64,000 nucleotides of DNA from Agathobacter sp. (GCA_045641745.1 JAZUHO010000109.1:23519-87518), one strand, 5' to 3'; shown: positions 48,036-59,260, numbered from the stretch's first letter. Made by a program: numbers and translations. Notes: generated by a model from the letters alone, not told the origin.

Positions 48036-49418
48036 ATGAGAGACGTTTACATGAATCAGAAAACCAACTTATTACAGTTGGAGGAACACTTTTATCAGCT
48101 TGTTGATGTATCGGAACCACATACATTTCGTAATTTGTTTCCATACGATGAGATTCCGAAGATTGCATTTAATGATCGTATTGTTCCACATAATATGCCG
48201 GAGGACATTTGGATTACGGACACGTCATTTCGTGATGGACAGCAGTCTCGTGTGCCATATACCACAGAACAAATTGTAACAATATATGATTACTTACACC
48301 GTTTGGGCGGTCCAAAAGGAAAAATTAAACAGAGCGAATTTTTCTTATACAGTAAAAAAGATAGGGATGCTGTTTACAAATGCATGGAGCGAGGTTATGA
48401 TTTCCCAGAGGTGACAGCATGGATTCGAGCAAGTAAGAAGGATTTCCAGTTAGTAAAGGAAATTGGATTAAAAGAAACTGGAATTTTAGTAAGCTGCTCA
48501 GATTATCATATTTTTTACAAAATGAAAATGACGCGTAAAGAAGCTATGAATCTATACTTGAGCGTAGTACGTGAATGCTTAGAGACGGGTATAAGTCCGA
48601 GATGTCATTTGGAAGATATTACGCGTTCCGATATTTATGGATTTGTAATTCCATTCTGTTTGGAATTAATGAAATTGATGGAGGAATATAAGATTCCGAT
48701 TAAAGTAAGAGCCTGCGATACTATGGGATATGGAGTGAATTTCCCAGGTGCGGTGATTCCAAGAAGTGTACCAGGAATTATCTATGGATTAACGACTCAC
48801 GCGGGAGTGCCATCAGAACTGATTGAATGGCATGGACATAACGACTTTTATAAAGCCGTGAATAACTCTACTACGGCATGGTTATATGGTGCGAGTGGAG
48901 TTAACTGTTCTCTATTCGGTATTGGTGAGCGAACAGGAAATACACCTCTTGAGGCAATGGTGTTTGAATATGCACAGCTAAAGGGCACATTAGATGGAAT
49001 GGATACTACGGTAATTACAGAATTATCCGAGTATTTCGAGAAAGAGATTGGATATCGTCAACCAAGTAGAACCCCATTTGTGGGAAGTAATTTCAATGTA
49101 ACAAGAGCTGGTATTCATGCGGATGGCTTACTAAAAAACGAAGAGATTTATAATATATTCGATACGGAGAAATTCTTGAACCGTCCACCACTTGTTGCAG
49201 TAAGCAACACCTCTGGATTGGCGGGAATTGCTCATTGGATTAATAATTATTATCACTTACAGGAAGAACGTAAGATAGATAAGGATTCTCCATTGGTTGA
49301 AAAGATTAAAAAATGGGTGGATAAACAATATGAGGATGGACGCGTGACCGTTATTACCGATAACGAATTAGTAGTAGAAATAACCAATTGCTGTAAGGAA
49401 CTTGGAATTGTGTTATAA
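48036..49418 (+). CDS. Re-citrate synthase (DRE-TIM metallolyase, often annotated as isopropylmalate synthase)
   Basis: FPYDEIPKI.F, ITDTSFRDGQQS, EFFLY, SCSDYHIF, RCHLEDITR and HGHNDF as in Clostridium kluyveri-type Re-citrate synthase; in an operon with icd. Confidence 0.85.
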   Translation: MRDVYMNQKTNLLQLEEHFYQLVDVSEPHTFRNLFPYDEIPKIAFNDRIVPHNMPEDIWITDTSFRDGQQSRVPYTTEQIVTIYDYLHRLGGPKGKIKQSEFFLYSKKDRDAVYKCMERGYDFPEVTAWIRASKKDFQLVKEIGLKETGILVSCSDYHIFYKMKMTRKEAMNLYLSVVRECLETGISPRCHLEDITRSDIYGFVIPFCLELMKLMEEYKIPIKVRACDTMGYGVNFPGAVIPRSVPGIIYGLTTHAGVPSELIEWHGHNDFYKAVNNSTTAWLYGASGVNCSLFGIGERTGNTPLEAMVFEYAQLKGTLDGMDTTVITELSEYFEKEIGYRQPSRTPFVGSNFNVTRAGIHADGLLKNEEIYNIFDTEKFLNRPPLVAVSNTSGLAGIAHWINNYYHLQEERKIDKDSPLVEKIKKWVDKQYEDGRVTVITDNELVVEITNCCKELGIVL

Positions 49419-49429
49419 AGGAGAGCATT

Positions 49430-50110
49430 ATGTCAGAAGATCGCTTTTTGCTTGGGGCAAGAGTGTTTGATTATATTCGTGAAGGAATTTTATCTGGGAA
49501 ATATAAGCCCAAAGAGGAACTAAAGGAAAAAAATATAGGAGATGAACTTGGGGTCAGTAGGACTCCGGTTAGAGAAGCACTTCGCCAGCTGGAACTAGAG
49601 GGATTGGTTTCTATTATTCCGAATAAAGGAGCCTATGTAGAAGGCATATCTATAAATGATATACGAGATATTTATGAAATGCGCATTTTACTGGAAGGGT
49701 TGTGTGCAAAGTGGGCAGCTAGAAATATTACGAAAGAACAAATCGAGGAACTTGAGGAGAATATTTTCCTTGCAGAATTTCATTCACAAAAAGGAAACTG
49801 GCAGCAAATGGTGGAAATCGACAATCGATTTCATGAATTATTATATGTAGCCTGTGGCAGCAAAGAGCTTTCAAAGCTATTAAGAGATTATCATCACTAT
49901 GTGCAACGTGTTCGAAAGGTGACACTTCGTGATCCCCAAAGAGTGCAACAAAGTACATTAGAGCATAAGATGATAGCAGCGGCTGTTTGCCAACATCAGG
50001 AAGAAGAGGCAGAACAAGCAGCGCAGGAACATTTGAAAAACACCATAACCAACATGAGCCAGTTTGGATGGGACAAATTAATGGAGGATTATAACTATGA
50101 AAAAAATTAG
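49430..50110 (+). CDS. GntR (FadR subfamily) transcriptional regulator
   Basis: [21 protein letters not shown] and FCD domain (FH...H). Confidence 0.93.
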   Translation: MSEDRFLLGARVFDYIREGILSGKYKPKEELKEKNIGDELGVSRTPVREALRQLELEGLVSIIPNKGAYVEGISINDIRDIYEMRILLEGLCAKWAARNITKEQIEELEENIFLAEFHSQKGNWQQMVEIDNRFHELLYVACGSKELSKLLRDYHHYVQRVRKVTLRDPQRVQQSTLEHKMIAAAVCQHQEEEAEQAAQEHLKNTITNMSQFGWDKLMEDYNYEKN

Positions 50111-51314
50111 TATGACAACACCTTTAGTTGAAATGGACGGAGATGAAATGACGCGTATCCTGTGGAAAATGATTAAGGATAAGCTGTTGTTACCATTTGT
50201 TGATTTGAAAACAGAATATTATGATTTAGGACTTGAGGAACGTAATAGAACGGATGATCAGGTTACAATAGACGCCGCAAACGCAACAAAAAAATACAAA
50301 GTGGCTGTAAAATGTGCAACGATTACACCAAACGCTGCACGTATGACGGAATATGATTTAAAGGAAATGTGGAAGAGCCCTAATGGTACAATTCGAGCTA
50401 TGTTAGATGGTACGGTATTTCGTGCGCCAATTGTAGTAAAAGGAATTGAGCCAAACGTGAAAACTTGGAAGAAACCAATTACCATTGCACGTCACGCATA
50501 TGGGGATGTATATAAAGCAACGGAAATGAAAATTCCTGCTGCTGGAACGGTAGAACTGGTCTATACAGCAGAGGATGGAAGTGAACATAGAGAGTTGATT
50601 CACAATTTTACTGGTGCAGGTATTGTACAGGGAATGCACAATTTGAATGATTCCATCACCAGCTTTGCCCATAGCTGCTTCCGCTTTGCACTAGACACCA
50701 AGCAGGACTTATGGTTTTCATCAAAGGATACTATTTCTAAAAAATACGATCATACCTTTAAGGATATTTTTCAGGAAATCTATGAAGAAAGCTATAAGGA
50801 GGCTTTTGAAAAAGCGAATATCACCTATTTTTACACCTTAATCGATGATGCGGTTGCGCGTGTAATGAAATCGGAAGGTGGCTTCATCTGGGCTTGTAAG
50901 AATTATGATGGAGATGTTATGAGTGACATGATTTCCTCAGCATTTGGTTCTTTGGCTATGATGACTTCTGTATTAGTTTCCCCAGATGGCTACTATGAGT
51001 ATGAGGCAGCGCATGGAACAGTACAGCGTCATTATTATAAGCATTTAAAAGGTGAGGAGACTTCAACGAATTCAGTTGCAACTATTTTTGCGTGGTCCGG
51101 GGCACTTAGAAAACGCGCAGAATTAGACGAAAATGATGAATTAAAGGTGTTTGCAGATGTGTTAGAACAGGCATGCGTGGAAACAATCGAAGAAGGAAAG
51201 ATGACAAAGGATCTTGCTCTTATCACAACCATAAATACTCCAATTGTTTTAAACAGTGAGGAGTTTATTGATGCAATTGCAAGCAAGGTTGCGGAAAAAC
51301 TTGCTTCATGTTAA
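50097..51314 (+). CDS. icd: NADP-dependent isocitrate dehydrogenase
   Basis: [30 protein letters not shown] and EAAHGTV. Confidence 0.97.
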   Translation: MKKISMTTPLVEMDGDEMTRILWKMIKDKLLLPFVDLKTEYYDLGLEERNRTDDQVTIDAANATKKYKVAVKCATITPNAARMTEYDLKEMWKSPNGTIRAMLDGTVFRAPIVVKGIEPNVKTWKKPITIARHAYGDVYKATEMKIPAAGTVELVYTAEDGSEHRELIHNFTGAGIVQGMHNLNDSITSFAHSCFRFALDTKQDLWFSSKDTISKKYDHTFKDIFQEIYEESYKEAFEKANITYFYTLIDDAVARVMKSEGGFIWACKNYDGDVMSDMISSAFGSLAMMTSVLVSPDGYYEYEAAHGTVQRHYYKHLKGEETSTNSVATIFAWSGALRKRAELDENDELKVFADVLEQACVETIEEGKMTKDLALITTINTPIVLNSEEFIDAIASKVAEKLASC

Positions 51315-51355
51315 ATATTTCACACATTGACAGTTTCCTGTAGAATACCTATAAT
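51308..51355 (+). promoter_or_regulatory. Rex operator next to the SigA promoter of rex
   Basis: ATGTTAA-ATAT-TTCACAC at 51308-51325, then TTGACA-N17-TATAAT at 51327-51355. Confidence 0.7.
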
Positions 51356-51407
51356 AATAGAATAGATGAGAAGAAATCATTCTTTGAATTATGCAGGAGG
51401 GGATGAC

Positions 51408-52040
51408 GTGGAAAAAGAAATATCACAAGCAGTCATAAGAAGAATGCCAAGATATTATCGTTATTTAGGTGAATTATTGGATGATGGAGTCGAAAGAATT
51501 TCATCAAACGACTTAAGTAATAGAATGCAGGTGACTGCGTCCCAAATTCGTCAGGATTTGAATAACTTTGGAGGCTTTGGACAACAAGGCTATGGATATA
51601 ATGTAAAGTATCTGCACGATGAAATCGGCAAGATTTTAGGTTTAGATCAGACACATAATATTATTATCATTGGAGCGGGTAATTTAGGTCAGGCACTGGC
51701 AAATTATATGAAATTTGAACGACTTGGATTCCGTATTATTGCATTGTTCGATGTGAATCCGGCGTTGGATGGAATTACAGTTCGTGGTATTCCAATCCAT
51801 ATGTTGGATAATTTGGACAATTTTTGCGAAGAGAATCAGGTTGATATAGCTGCACTTACTATGCCAAAAGAGAAAGCAAGTATTACAGCACAGCGTTTGG
51901 TTGAACTCGGAATTCACGCAATATGGAACTTTGCGCATGTTGACTTGGAACTTGAAAATCAAGACGTTGTCGTTGAGAATGTTCATTTGTCAGATAGTTT
52001 AATGCAACTAAGCTACAACATTGTTAAAAATAAGAAATAG
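51408..52040 (+). CDS. rex: redox-sensing transcriptional repressor Rex
   Basis: RMPRYYR, SQIRQDL..FG.FG..GYGY, GAGNLG.AL and IWNFA; GTG start after AGGAGG. Confidence 0.97.
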   Translation: MEKEISQAVIRRMPRYYRYLGELLDDGVERISSNDLSNRMQVTASQIRQDLNNFGGFGQQGYGYNVKYLHDEIGKILGLDQTHNIIIIGAGNLGQALANYMKFERLGFRIIALFDVNPALDGITVRGIPIHMLDNLDNFCEENQVDIAALTMPKEKASITAQRLVELGIHAIWNFAHVDLELENQDVVVENVHLSDSLMQLSYNIVKNKK

Positions 52041-52058
52041 TATTCCAGGAGAGCAAGA

Positions 52059-52697
52059 ATGAAAACAGAGAAGGATTTTCAAGACGCTTTGCGAGATAAG
52101 AAAGTTCCGCTTCTTGTACTGGATCAGAAATGGCATCGGTTATTCGCAATACATGGGAAAACGGATGCCATTAAAAATCTAGAGACAGAGGTCAATGGAT
52201 TGCTCGCAAAACAAGGACAACTGAACACATCACTGAAGGATTTAAAAAAATTGAAACAGCAGTTGATGGATAATATTGTGCAAAATATGAACGAGCATGA
52301 GGATGACAAAAAGGATAAACTCCGTGAAAAAAAGCTAGAAGAGGATAAGCGTTTAATTGAAGAAATCAATGAGAAGCTGGAAGAAACGGAAGACGCTTTA
52401 TTAGAGCTTCCGAAGCAAATCAATGAGAAGAATCTTGAGTTAATGCTTGCAAGTATGGAATATTGTTACGGGAAATTGCGCCAGAACCGAGAAGAAGCAG
52501 AAGAAATTGACGCATGGATTACACAGGTTCGCATTGACTTAAAGAAGAATATCATTCGAAAACAGAATCGTGATATCAATAATCGTGAAATTTATGCATA
52601 TATGCACGATATATTTGGAGCAAGCATTCTAGATATTTTTGATATCAAATATGAAGATGCCATAGAGCCGAATGAGCAGAAAGAGGAAGATAAGTGA
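52059..52697 (+). CDS. conserved coiled-coil hypothetical protein
   Basis: AGGAG RBS, long heptad-rich helix, P.L.LD.KWH.LF N-terminus. Confidence 0.8.
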   Translation: MKTEKDFQDALRDKKVPLLVLDQKWHRLFAIHGKTDAIKNLETEVNGLLAKQGQLNTSLKDLKKLKQQLMDNIVQNMNEHEDDKKDKLREKKLEEDKRLIEEINEKLEETEDALLELPKQINEKNLELMLASMEYCYGKLRQNREEAEEIDAWITQVRIDLKKNIIRKQNRDINNREIYAYMHDIFGASILDIFDIKYEDAIEPNEQKEEDK

Positions 52698-52825
52698 TAC
52701 CGGTTGTAACAATTCCATATGGAAATACGTATATTAATACAAGTGGAAATCCTGGTATGGCAACTGCTGGAAGCAAAGAGGTACTGGCGGGGATTACAAT
52801 TGCAATGAAAGAAGATAGATCATGA
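52694..52825 (+). pseudogene. nnr: remnant of NAD(P)H-hydrate dehydratase (NnrD/YjeF)
   Basis: 43-aa frame [43 protein letters not shown] carries the NnrD signature N..GNP.MATAGSGDVLAG; nnr normally precedes alr in clostridia. Confidence 0.8.
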
Positions 52826-53991
52826 ATAGAATTAGTAGAGTTTATGCAAATATAGATTTAGATGCAGTGCGCTATAATATGGAGTCAATGCATCGCAAGT
52901 TACAACCGCAGACGAAAATGGCTGCGGTAATTAAGGCAGATGGGTATGGACATGGAGCAAAGGAAATTGCCTTGGCAATTGAAGATTTGCCGTATTTATG
53001 GGGCTATGCATTAGCCACTGTAGACGAGGCAATGGTTCTTCGTCGCCACGGAATTGACAAACCAATTTTAATTTTGGGAATTTCATTTCGCGAACAGTAT
53101 GAGGAATTAATTACAAATGATATTCGCCCGGCAGTATGTGATTATGATATGGCCATGAGACTTTCGCAGGTAGCAAAAGCCTGCAAGAAAACATGTAAGA
53201 TACATATCAAAATAGATACAGGAATGAGTCGCATTGGCTTTCAGGTAAATGAGCAAAATGCTGAGATAATACAAAAAATTGCAGAACTACCGAATATTGA
53301 AGTAGAAGGAATATTTACTCATTTTGCTCGCGCAGATGAAGTGGATAAGGAACCAGCATTAAAACAGATGGAACTGTTTCACGATATGGTTCATATGTTG
53401 GAGAAAAAAGGCGTAGAGATTCCTATGAAGCATTGCTCAAATAGTGCAGGAATTGTAGAGATTTCGGAAGCAAATATGGATATGGTTCGTGCAGGAATTA
53501 CCTTATATGGTCTTTGGCCAAGCGAAGAGGTGGATAAACGTCAGATTTCATTGAAACCGGTCATGTCTTTAAAAAGTAACATCGCCTTTTTAAAAGAATT
53601 GGAACCAGGAAGATCGATAAGCTATGGAGGTACTTATGTGACGAAGCAAACAAGAACCATAGCAACGGTTCCGGTAGGATATGCAGATGGATATGCAAGA
53701 GGTTTGTCCAATAAAGGATATGTGTTGATACACGGTCAGAAAGCACCGATATGTGGCAAGGTTTGTATGGATCAGCTGATGGTGGACGTTACAGAAATTG
53801 TAGATGTGAAGGTGGGCGATACGGTTACCCTTTTAGGGCGTGACCAGGATGAAGTAATTACGATGGAACAGCTAGGTGAAATGTCAGGACGTTTCAATTA
53901 TGAGTTTGCATGTCTAATTACGAATCGAGTGCCAAGAGTCTATTGGAAAAAGGGCGAGGTTGTGTCAGAACGTCCGGCATGTATTGAATAA
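52822..53991 (+). CDS. alr: alanine racemase
   Basis: [26 protein letters not shown] and CMDQ. Confidence 0.97.
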   Translation: MNRISRVYANIDLDAVRYNMESMHRKLQPQTKMAAVIKADGYGHGAKEIALAIEDLPYLWGYALATVDEAMVLRRHGIDKPILILGISFREQYEELITNDIRPAVCDYDMAMRLSQVAKACKKTCKIHIKIDTGMSRIGFQVNEQNAEIIQKIAELPNIEVEGIFTHFARADEVDKEPALKQMELFHDMVHMLEKKGVEIPMKHCSNSAGIVEISEANMDMVRAGITLYGLWPSEEVDKRQISLKPVMSLKSNIAFLKELEPGRSISYGGTYVTKQTRTIATVPVGYADGYARGLSNKGYVLIHGQKAPICGKVCMDQLMVDVTEIVDVKVGDTVTLLGRDQDEVITMEQLGEMSGRFNYEFACLITNRVPRVYWKKGEVVSERPACIE

Positions 53992-54010
53992 TATAAAATC
54001 AAAATGAACT

Positions 54011-54040
54011 GAATACATATGACAAATATGGGAAATACTT
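54011..54040 (+). promoter_or_regulatory. SigF/SigG-like forespore promoter upstream of mazF
   Basis: GAATA-N15-GGAAATACTT matches G.wTA-N15-GGnnAnAnTw. Confidence 0.45.
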
Positions 54041-54071
54041 TTTATAAATGAATTTTATGGAGAGTAGAAAA

Positions 54072-54419
54072 ATGACAGTTCAAAGAGGCGATATATTTTA
54101 TGCAGATTTAAGACCAGTAGTCGGATCCGAGCAGGGCGGGATACGTCCAGTGCTCATTGTTCAAAATGATGTGGGGAATCGCCACAGTCCAACCGTGATT
54201 ATTGCGGCAATTACCTCTCAAATGAATAAGGCAAAATTACCAACACATGTGGAATTACAGAAGGAACAATATGAGTTACAGAAGGATTCTGTTGTTTTGC
54301 TGGAACAGCTGCGAACCATTGATAAAAAGCGTTTGAAGGACAAAGTTTGTCATTTGGATTCACAGATGCTAAACAAGATAGATAAAGCACTTGAAGTTAG
54401 CCTAGAACTCTATACATAG
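54072..54419 (+). CDS. mazF: PemK/MazF (NdoA/EndoA) endoribonuclease
   Basis: [27 protein letters not shown] and [10 protein letters not shown]. Confidence 0.95.
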   Translation: MTVQRGDIFYADLRPVVGSEQGGIRPVLIVQNDVGNRHSPTVIIAAITSQMNKAKLPTHVELQKEQYELQKDSVVLLEQLRTIDKKRLKDKVCHLDSQMLNKIDKALEVSLELYT

Positions 54420-54520
54420 GCTTGCGGTAACTGTTTCAAACAGTTACGGGTTGACTGCCTATTTTCAACATGATAGTATTGGAAATAGTATAAAAGTTAC
54501 ACGAAAAAAGGAGAAAAGAT

Positions 54521-55468
54521 ATGGATGACACGGGGAATCCCTGGTTGCTTGTTTTATTATTTGTAGTTATCGTTCTTTTAATTCTTGTTGTGATGGGACT
54601 TACCATTACCTTTCGACGGGAAATCAAAAAGAAATTGCAAAGAGCGATGAGAAATGAAAAGGAAGAAAATCTCGAAGAAGTAACAGAAGAAGAGATTATG
54701 TGCATGGTAAATGAAGGGCATGAAAAAGGTGTTCTTTTGGAATCTGAAGCACAGATGATACATAATATTTTTGAGTTTGGTGACAAAGAAGTGAAAGATA
54801 TTATGAATCATCGTAAGAATATCATTGCCATTGATGGTGAGCTGAGCTATAACGATGCGGTTGATATTATGATAGAGAATAACTATTCCAGATATCCCGT
54901 TTATGTGAATGATATAGACAATATCATAGGTGTTATTCATATCAAAGAAGCGTTGGCACATAGTAAACATAATGAAGTATTTCGTACTCCAATCAAAGAG
55001 ATAAAGGGATTAATTCGTGAGGTGGCTTTCATTCCAGAAACACGAAACATTAATACTCTATTTACGGAGATGCAGACTGCAAAAAACCATATGGCGGTTG
55101 TGGTGGATGAATATGGACAGACTTCAGGAATTGTGGCAATGGAAGATATTCTTGAGGAAATTGTAGGAAATATTCAAGATGAACATGATGAGGAAGAGAG
55201 CTTGTGCAACCGAATGGAAGATGGAACCTACATTATGGATGGAATGACTCCACTTGAGGAAGTCATTGAAGAGATACATATTCCAGTTGAAGAAGAGGAA
55301 TTTGATACATTAAATGGGCTTTTAATTTCGTTACTTGACAAAATTCCAGCAGAGGGAGAATTGCCAGTAATTGTTGCGTATGGATATGAATTCCGTGTGT
55401 TATCGGTTGAAAATAAAATGATGAAGCAAATTCAAATTGTAAAGCAACCTGAGACTTGCGAAGAATAA
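54521..55468 (+). CDS. HlyC/CorC-family CBS-domain protein with shortened membrane domain
   Basis: TEEEI..MV.EG.E.G, YSRYPVY, VVDEYG.T.G....EDILEEIVG.I.DE.D and CorC domain; only one TM helix. Confidence 0.85.
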   Translation: MDDTGNPWLLVLLFVVIVLLILVVMGLTITFRREIKKKLQRAMRNEKEENLEEVTEEEIMCMVNEGHEKGVLLESEAQMIHNIFEFGDKEVKDIMNHRKNIIAIDGELSYNDAVDIMIENNYSRYPVYVNDIDNIIGVIHIKEALAHSKHNEVFRTPIKEIKGLIREVAFIPETRNINTLFTEMQTAKNHMAVVVDEYGQTSGIVAMEDILEEIVGNIQDEHDEEESLCNRMEDGTYIMDGMTPLEEVIEEIHIPVEEEEFDTLNGLLISLLDKIPAEGELPVIVAYGYEFRVLSVENKMMKQIQIVKQPETCEE

Positions 55469-55532
55469 AGATAAGTGATAGAATAAATCGGATTGTGATT
55501 AGAAAAACAAAGAAGAAAAGAGGAAATACATT

Positions 55533-56261
55533 ATGTCAGGACATTCAAAGTTCGCGAATATCAAACATAAAAAAGAGAAGAATGATGCTGCAAAAGGTAA
55601 AATTTTCACCATGATTGGTCGTGAAATTGCAGTTGCAGTTAAAGATGGTGGTCCAGACCCAGCCAATAACTTTAAGCTTGCTCAGGTAATCGCAAAAGCA
55701 AAAGCTAATAACATGCCAAACGATACCATTGAGCGTGGAATTAAAAAGGCTGCAGGAGATGGCAATGCTGTAAATTACGAGAGCGCTACCTATGAAGGCT
55801 ATGGTCCATGTGGAACTGCTATTATCGTAAAATGCTTAACAGACAATAAGAATCGTACCGCTGCAAATGTAAGAAATGCATTTACCAAAGGACAGGGAAG
55901 CATTGGTACACAGGGATGTGTATCTTACATGTTTGACGAAAAGGGACAGATTATTATTGACAAAGAAGAATGTGATATGGATGCAGATGATCTTATGATG
56001 ATTGCATTGGACGCAGGAGCAGAGGATTTTGCAGAGGAAGAAGATAGCTTTGAGATTACAACAGCACCTTCAGACTTTGATGCGGTACATAGTGCATTAG
56101 AGGAAGCGGGAATTGCTATGGTATCTGCTGAAGTTAGTATGATTCCACAGACATATGTAACCTTAACAAATGAAGCAGACATTATCAATATTGGTAGAAT
56201 TTTAGATCTTCTTGACGATGATGATGATGTTCAGGAAGTATACCATAACTGGGAAGAGTAA
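55533..56261 (+). CDS. yebC: YebC/PmpR family protein
   Basis: MSGHSK..NIKHKK, YEGYGP.G, TDNKNRT and DDVQEVYHN. Confidence 0.96.
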   Translation: MSGHSKFANIKHKKEKNDAAKGKIFTMIGREIAVAVKDGGPDPANNFKLAQVIAKAKANNMPNDTIERGIKKAAGDGNAVNYESATYEGYGPCGTAIIVKCLTDNKNRTAANVRNAFTKGQGSIGTQGCVSYMFDEKGQIIIDKEECDMDADDLMMIALDAGAEDFAEEEDSFEITTAPSDFDAVHSALEEAGIAMVSAEVSMIPQTYVTLTNEADIINIGRILDLLDDDDDVQEVYHNWEE

Positions 56262-56299
56262 TTACATATTTTTCTGATATTGGCTCAAAACAGAAACAA

Positions 56300-56348
56300 A
56301 AACCGTATTTATGGAAAAGGAGAGTTTTCCATGAATGCGGTTTATTTT
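56300..56348 (+). terminator. terminator after yebC
   Basis: AAACCGTATTTATGGAAAA...TTTTCCATGAATGCGGTTT followed by T residues. Confidence 0.7.
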
Positions 56349-56449
56349 GTATATGAGAAATGTTTATAAAAAAGATAGGAAAAAGCATAGAATTTCAAAG
56401 CAAAATGAGCTATCATATTTTTATATTATATTATGAAAGGAACTAGATT

Positions 56450-57736
56450 ATGTCGGCAAAATATAAAAAGGAAACTATATGCATACAATCAGGATGGAAA
56501 CCAACGAAGGGGGAACCACGAGTTCTTCCTATCTATCAGTCAACGACATTTAAGTATGACACAAGTAATCAGATGGGACGCCTTTTCGATTTGGAGGATT
56601 CTGGTTATTTTTATACAAGGCTTGCGAATCCAACCAATGATGCAGTAGCAAGCAAAATATGTGAACTTGAGGGTGGTGTGGCTGCCATGCTTACTTCATC
56701 GGGACAAGCAGCGAACTATTATGCAGTTTTTAATATTTGTGAGGCAGGAGATCATATTGTCTGCTCTAATTCTGTTTATGGTGGAACCTTTAATTTGCTT
56801 GGCACTACCATGAAGAAAATGGGAATTGCTTGTACCTTCGTAAATCCAGATGCCAGTGAAGAGGAACTGAACGCTGCATTTCGTGAGAATACGAAGTGTG
56901 TGGTAGCAGAGACGATATCGAATCCTTCTCTTGTTGTTCTGGATATCGAGAAGTTTGCGAAGATTGCTCATGCGCATGGAGTTCCGCTTATTGTGGATAA
57001 TACTTTTGCAACACCAATCAATTGTCGTCCATTTGAATGGGGGGCAGATATCGTAACACATTCTACAACGAAATACATGGATGGACATGCAATGGCAATT
57101 GGAGGCGCAATCGTTGACTCTGGTAATTTTGATTGGTTAGCGTATGGCGATAAATTTTCAGGATTAACCAAACCAGATGAGTCATATCATGGAATTGTAT
57201 ATGCGGAGAAATTTGGAAAAGCAGCCTATATTCAGAAGGCAACTGCACAGTTAATGCGAGACTTGGGATCGATTCCATCGCCGATGAATTCCTTCCTGCT
57301 TAATGTTGGTTTGGAGACTTTGCATCTTCGTGTACCACGGCATTGTGAAAATGCGTTAAAGGTGGCTACTTATCTGAATAATCATGAGAAGGTGGCATGG
57401 GTAAATTATGCAGGACTTCCAGATAATCCATACCATGCATTAGCTGAAAAATATATGCCAAATGGAACCTGTGGCGTAATTTCATTTGGATTAAAGGGCG
57501 GCCGTGATGTTTCTGTTGCGTTCATGGACAAATTAGAATTAATTGCAATTGTTACGCATGTAGCAGATGCGAGAAGCTGTGTTCTTCATCCAGCTAGTCA
57601 TACACACCGTCAGATGACAGATGAGCAATTATTAGAAGCAGGCGTTCAACCTGATTTGATACGTATGTCTATTGGAATTGAGAATGCAGATGATCTAATT
57701 GCAGACTTGGAGCAAGCACTTGCAAGTGTTTCATAA
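56450..57736 (+). CDS. metY: O-acetylhomoserine aminocarboxypropyltransferase
   Basis: PIYQSTT, YTRLANPT, DNTFATP and HSTTKY (PLP lysine). Confidence 0.9.
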   Translation: MSAKYKKETICIQSGWKPTKGEPRVLPIYQSTTFKYDTSNQMGRLFDLEDSGYFYTRLANPTNDAVASKICELEGGVAAMLTSSGQAANYYAVFNICEAGDHIVCSNSVYGGTFNLLGTTMKKMGIACTFVNPDASEEELNAAFRENTKCVVAETISNPSLVVLDIEKFAKIAHAHGVPLIVDNTFATPINCRPFEWGADIVTHSTTKYMDGHAMAIGGAIVDSGNFDWLAYGDKFSGLTKPDESYHGIVYAEKFGKAAYIQKATAQLMRDLGSIPSPMNSFLLNVGLETLHLRVPRHCENALKVATYLNNHEKVAWVNYAGLPDNPYHALAEKYMPNGTCGVISFGLKGGRDVSVAFMDKLELIAIVTHVADARSCVLHPASHTHRQMTDEQLLEAGVQPDLIRMSIGIENADDLIADLEQALASVS

Positions 57737-57808
57737 GTTGTGAAATAGAATTTGAATGTAGACCTAGGGGGAAGAAAATAGGATACTGTTTTTGGAAAGG
57801 AGAGGCGT

Positions 57809-59260
57809 ATGAAAAGAATCTTATTTGCAGCATCAGAATGTGTGCCATTTATTAAAACTGGGGGACTTGCAGACGTATGTGGCGCATTACCAAAGGAATT
57901 TGATAAGAAATATTGGGATGTTAGAGTGGTAATTCCAAATTATAGTTGCATTCCAGAAAAGTATCGTAAGGAATTCAAGTATGTTGCTCATTTTTACATG
58001 AGTGCAGGAAGTTACATTTCCAACAAGTATGTCGGAATCTTAAAGTATGAAATGGATGGAATTACGTATTACTTTATTGACAACCAAGACTATTTTAATT
58101 GTGTGGTTCCATATGGAGATGTACGCTACGATATTGAAAAATTTATTTTCTTTGATAAAGCAGTTCTTTCTATGCTAAAGCATATTGATTTTAGACCAGA
58201 TATTATACATTGCCATGACTGGCAGGCTGGATTGATACCTGTATACCTAAAAAATGAATTTGCAGCAGATAGTTTTTATTGGGGAATTCGTAGCATTATG
58301 ACGATTCACAATCTCCGTTTTCAGGGTGTTTGGGATGTAAAGACCATGAAGGGCTTGACAGGATTTGCACCAGAATTATTCTCCCCAGACAAATTGGAAT
58401 TTAACAAAGACGCGAACATGCTGAAGGGTGGTTTGGTATATGCTGACTATATCACAACGGTAAGTGATACGTATGCAAATGAGATACAAACCGACTATTA
58501 TGGTGAAGGGCTCAATGGACTTCTTTCTGCACGTCATTTTGATATGCAGGGAATTGTAAACGGAATTGATTACGAAGTATACAATCCAAAAACAGACAAG
58601 AAGATCTATTGCAACTACGACAAGGAAGACTTTAGAAAGAAAAAAGCAAATAATAAAGTAAAATTGCAAGAGGAATTGGGACTTGAAGTGAATAAAAAGA
58701 AATACATGATAGGACTCATTTCAAGATTAACCGATCAAAAAGGTTTGGACCTTATCAATTATGTAATGGAGCAAATTGTCGACGAATATACGCAGTTTGT
58801 GGTTATCGGAACGGGAAATCCAGAGTATGAGAATATGTTCCGTCACTATGCGTGGAAATATCCGGATCGTGTTTCCGCAAATATCTGTTATTCCGATGAT
58901 TTAGCACACAAGTTATATGCGGCAGCGGACGCCTTTTTAATGCCATCGGCCTTTGAACCATGCGGATTGACGCAGTTAATTTCATTCCGCTATGGCACCA
59001 TTCCAATTGTTCGCGAAACAGGTGGTCTCAAAGATACAGTACGTCCATACAATGAATATGATAATTCTGGAGATGGTTTTTCTTTTACCAATTACAATGC
59101 CGACGATATGTTGCATGTGATTAATTATTCTAAGCATGTTTTCTATGATAAGAAAAAGCAGTGGAATCAAATGATTGATCGTGGTATGAGCAATGATTTT
59201 TCATGGAATTCATCGAAGTTCCGTTATGAAGGCTTGTATAACTACTTATTGGGCGAATAA
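57809..59260 (+). CDS. glgA: glycogen synthase
   Basis: KTGGLADV, HCHDWQ, TIHNL.FQG and PS.FEPCGL.Q. Confidence 0.97.
   Translation: MKRILFAASECVPFIKTGGLADVCGALPKEFDKKYWDVRVVIPNYSCIPEKYRKEFKYVAHFYMSAGSYISNKYVGILKYEMDGITYYFIDNQDYFNCVVPYGDVRYDIEKFIFFDKAVLSMLKHIDFRPDIIHCHDWQAGLIPVYLKNEFAADSFYWGIRSIMTIHNLRFQGVWDVKTMKGLTGFAPELFSPDKLEFNKDANMLKGGLVYADYITTVSDTYANEIQTDYYGEGLNGLLSARHFDMQGIVNGIDYEVYNPKTDKKIYCNYDKEDFRKKKANNKVKLQEELGLEVNKKKYMIGLISRLTDQKGLDLINYVMEQIVDEYTQFVVIGTGNPEYENMFRHYAWKYPDRVSANICYSDDLAHKLYAAADAFLMPSAFEPCGLTQLISFRYGTIPIVRETGGLKDTVRPYNEYDNSGDGFSFTNYNADDMLHVINYSKHVFYDKKKQWNQMIDRGMSNDFSWNSSKFRYEGLYNYLLGE

Noticed and set aside
56262-56449. SAM riboswitch or T-box upstream of metY
   Set aside because: No S-box or T-box core motifs; the region is a terminator plus an AT-rich promoter
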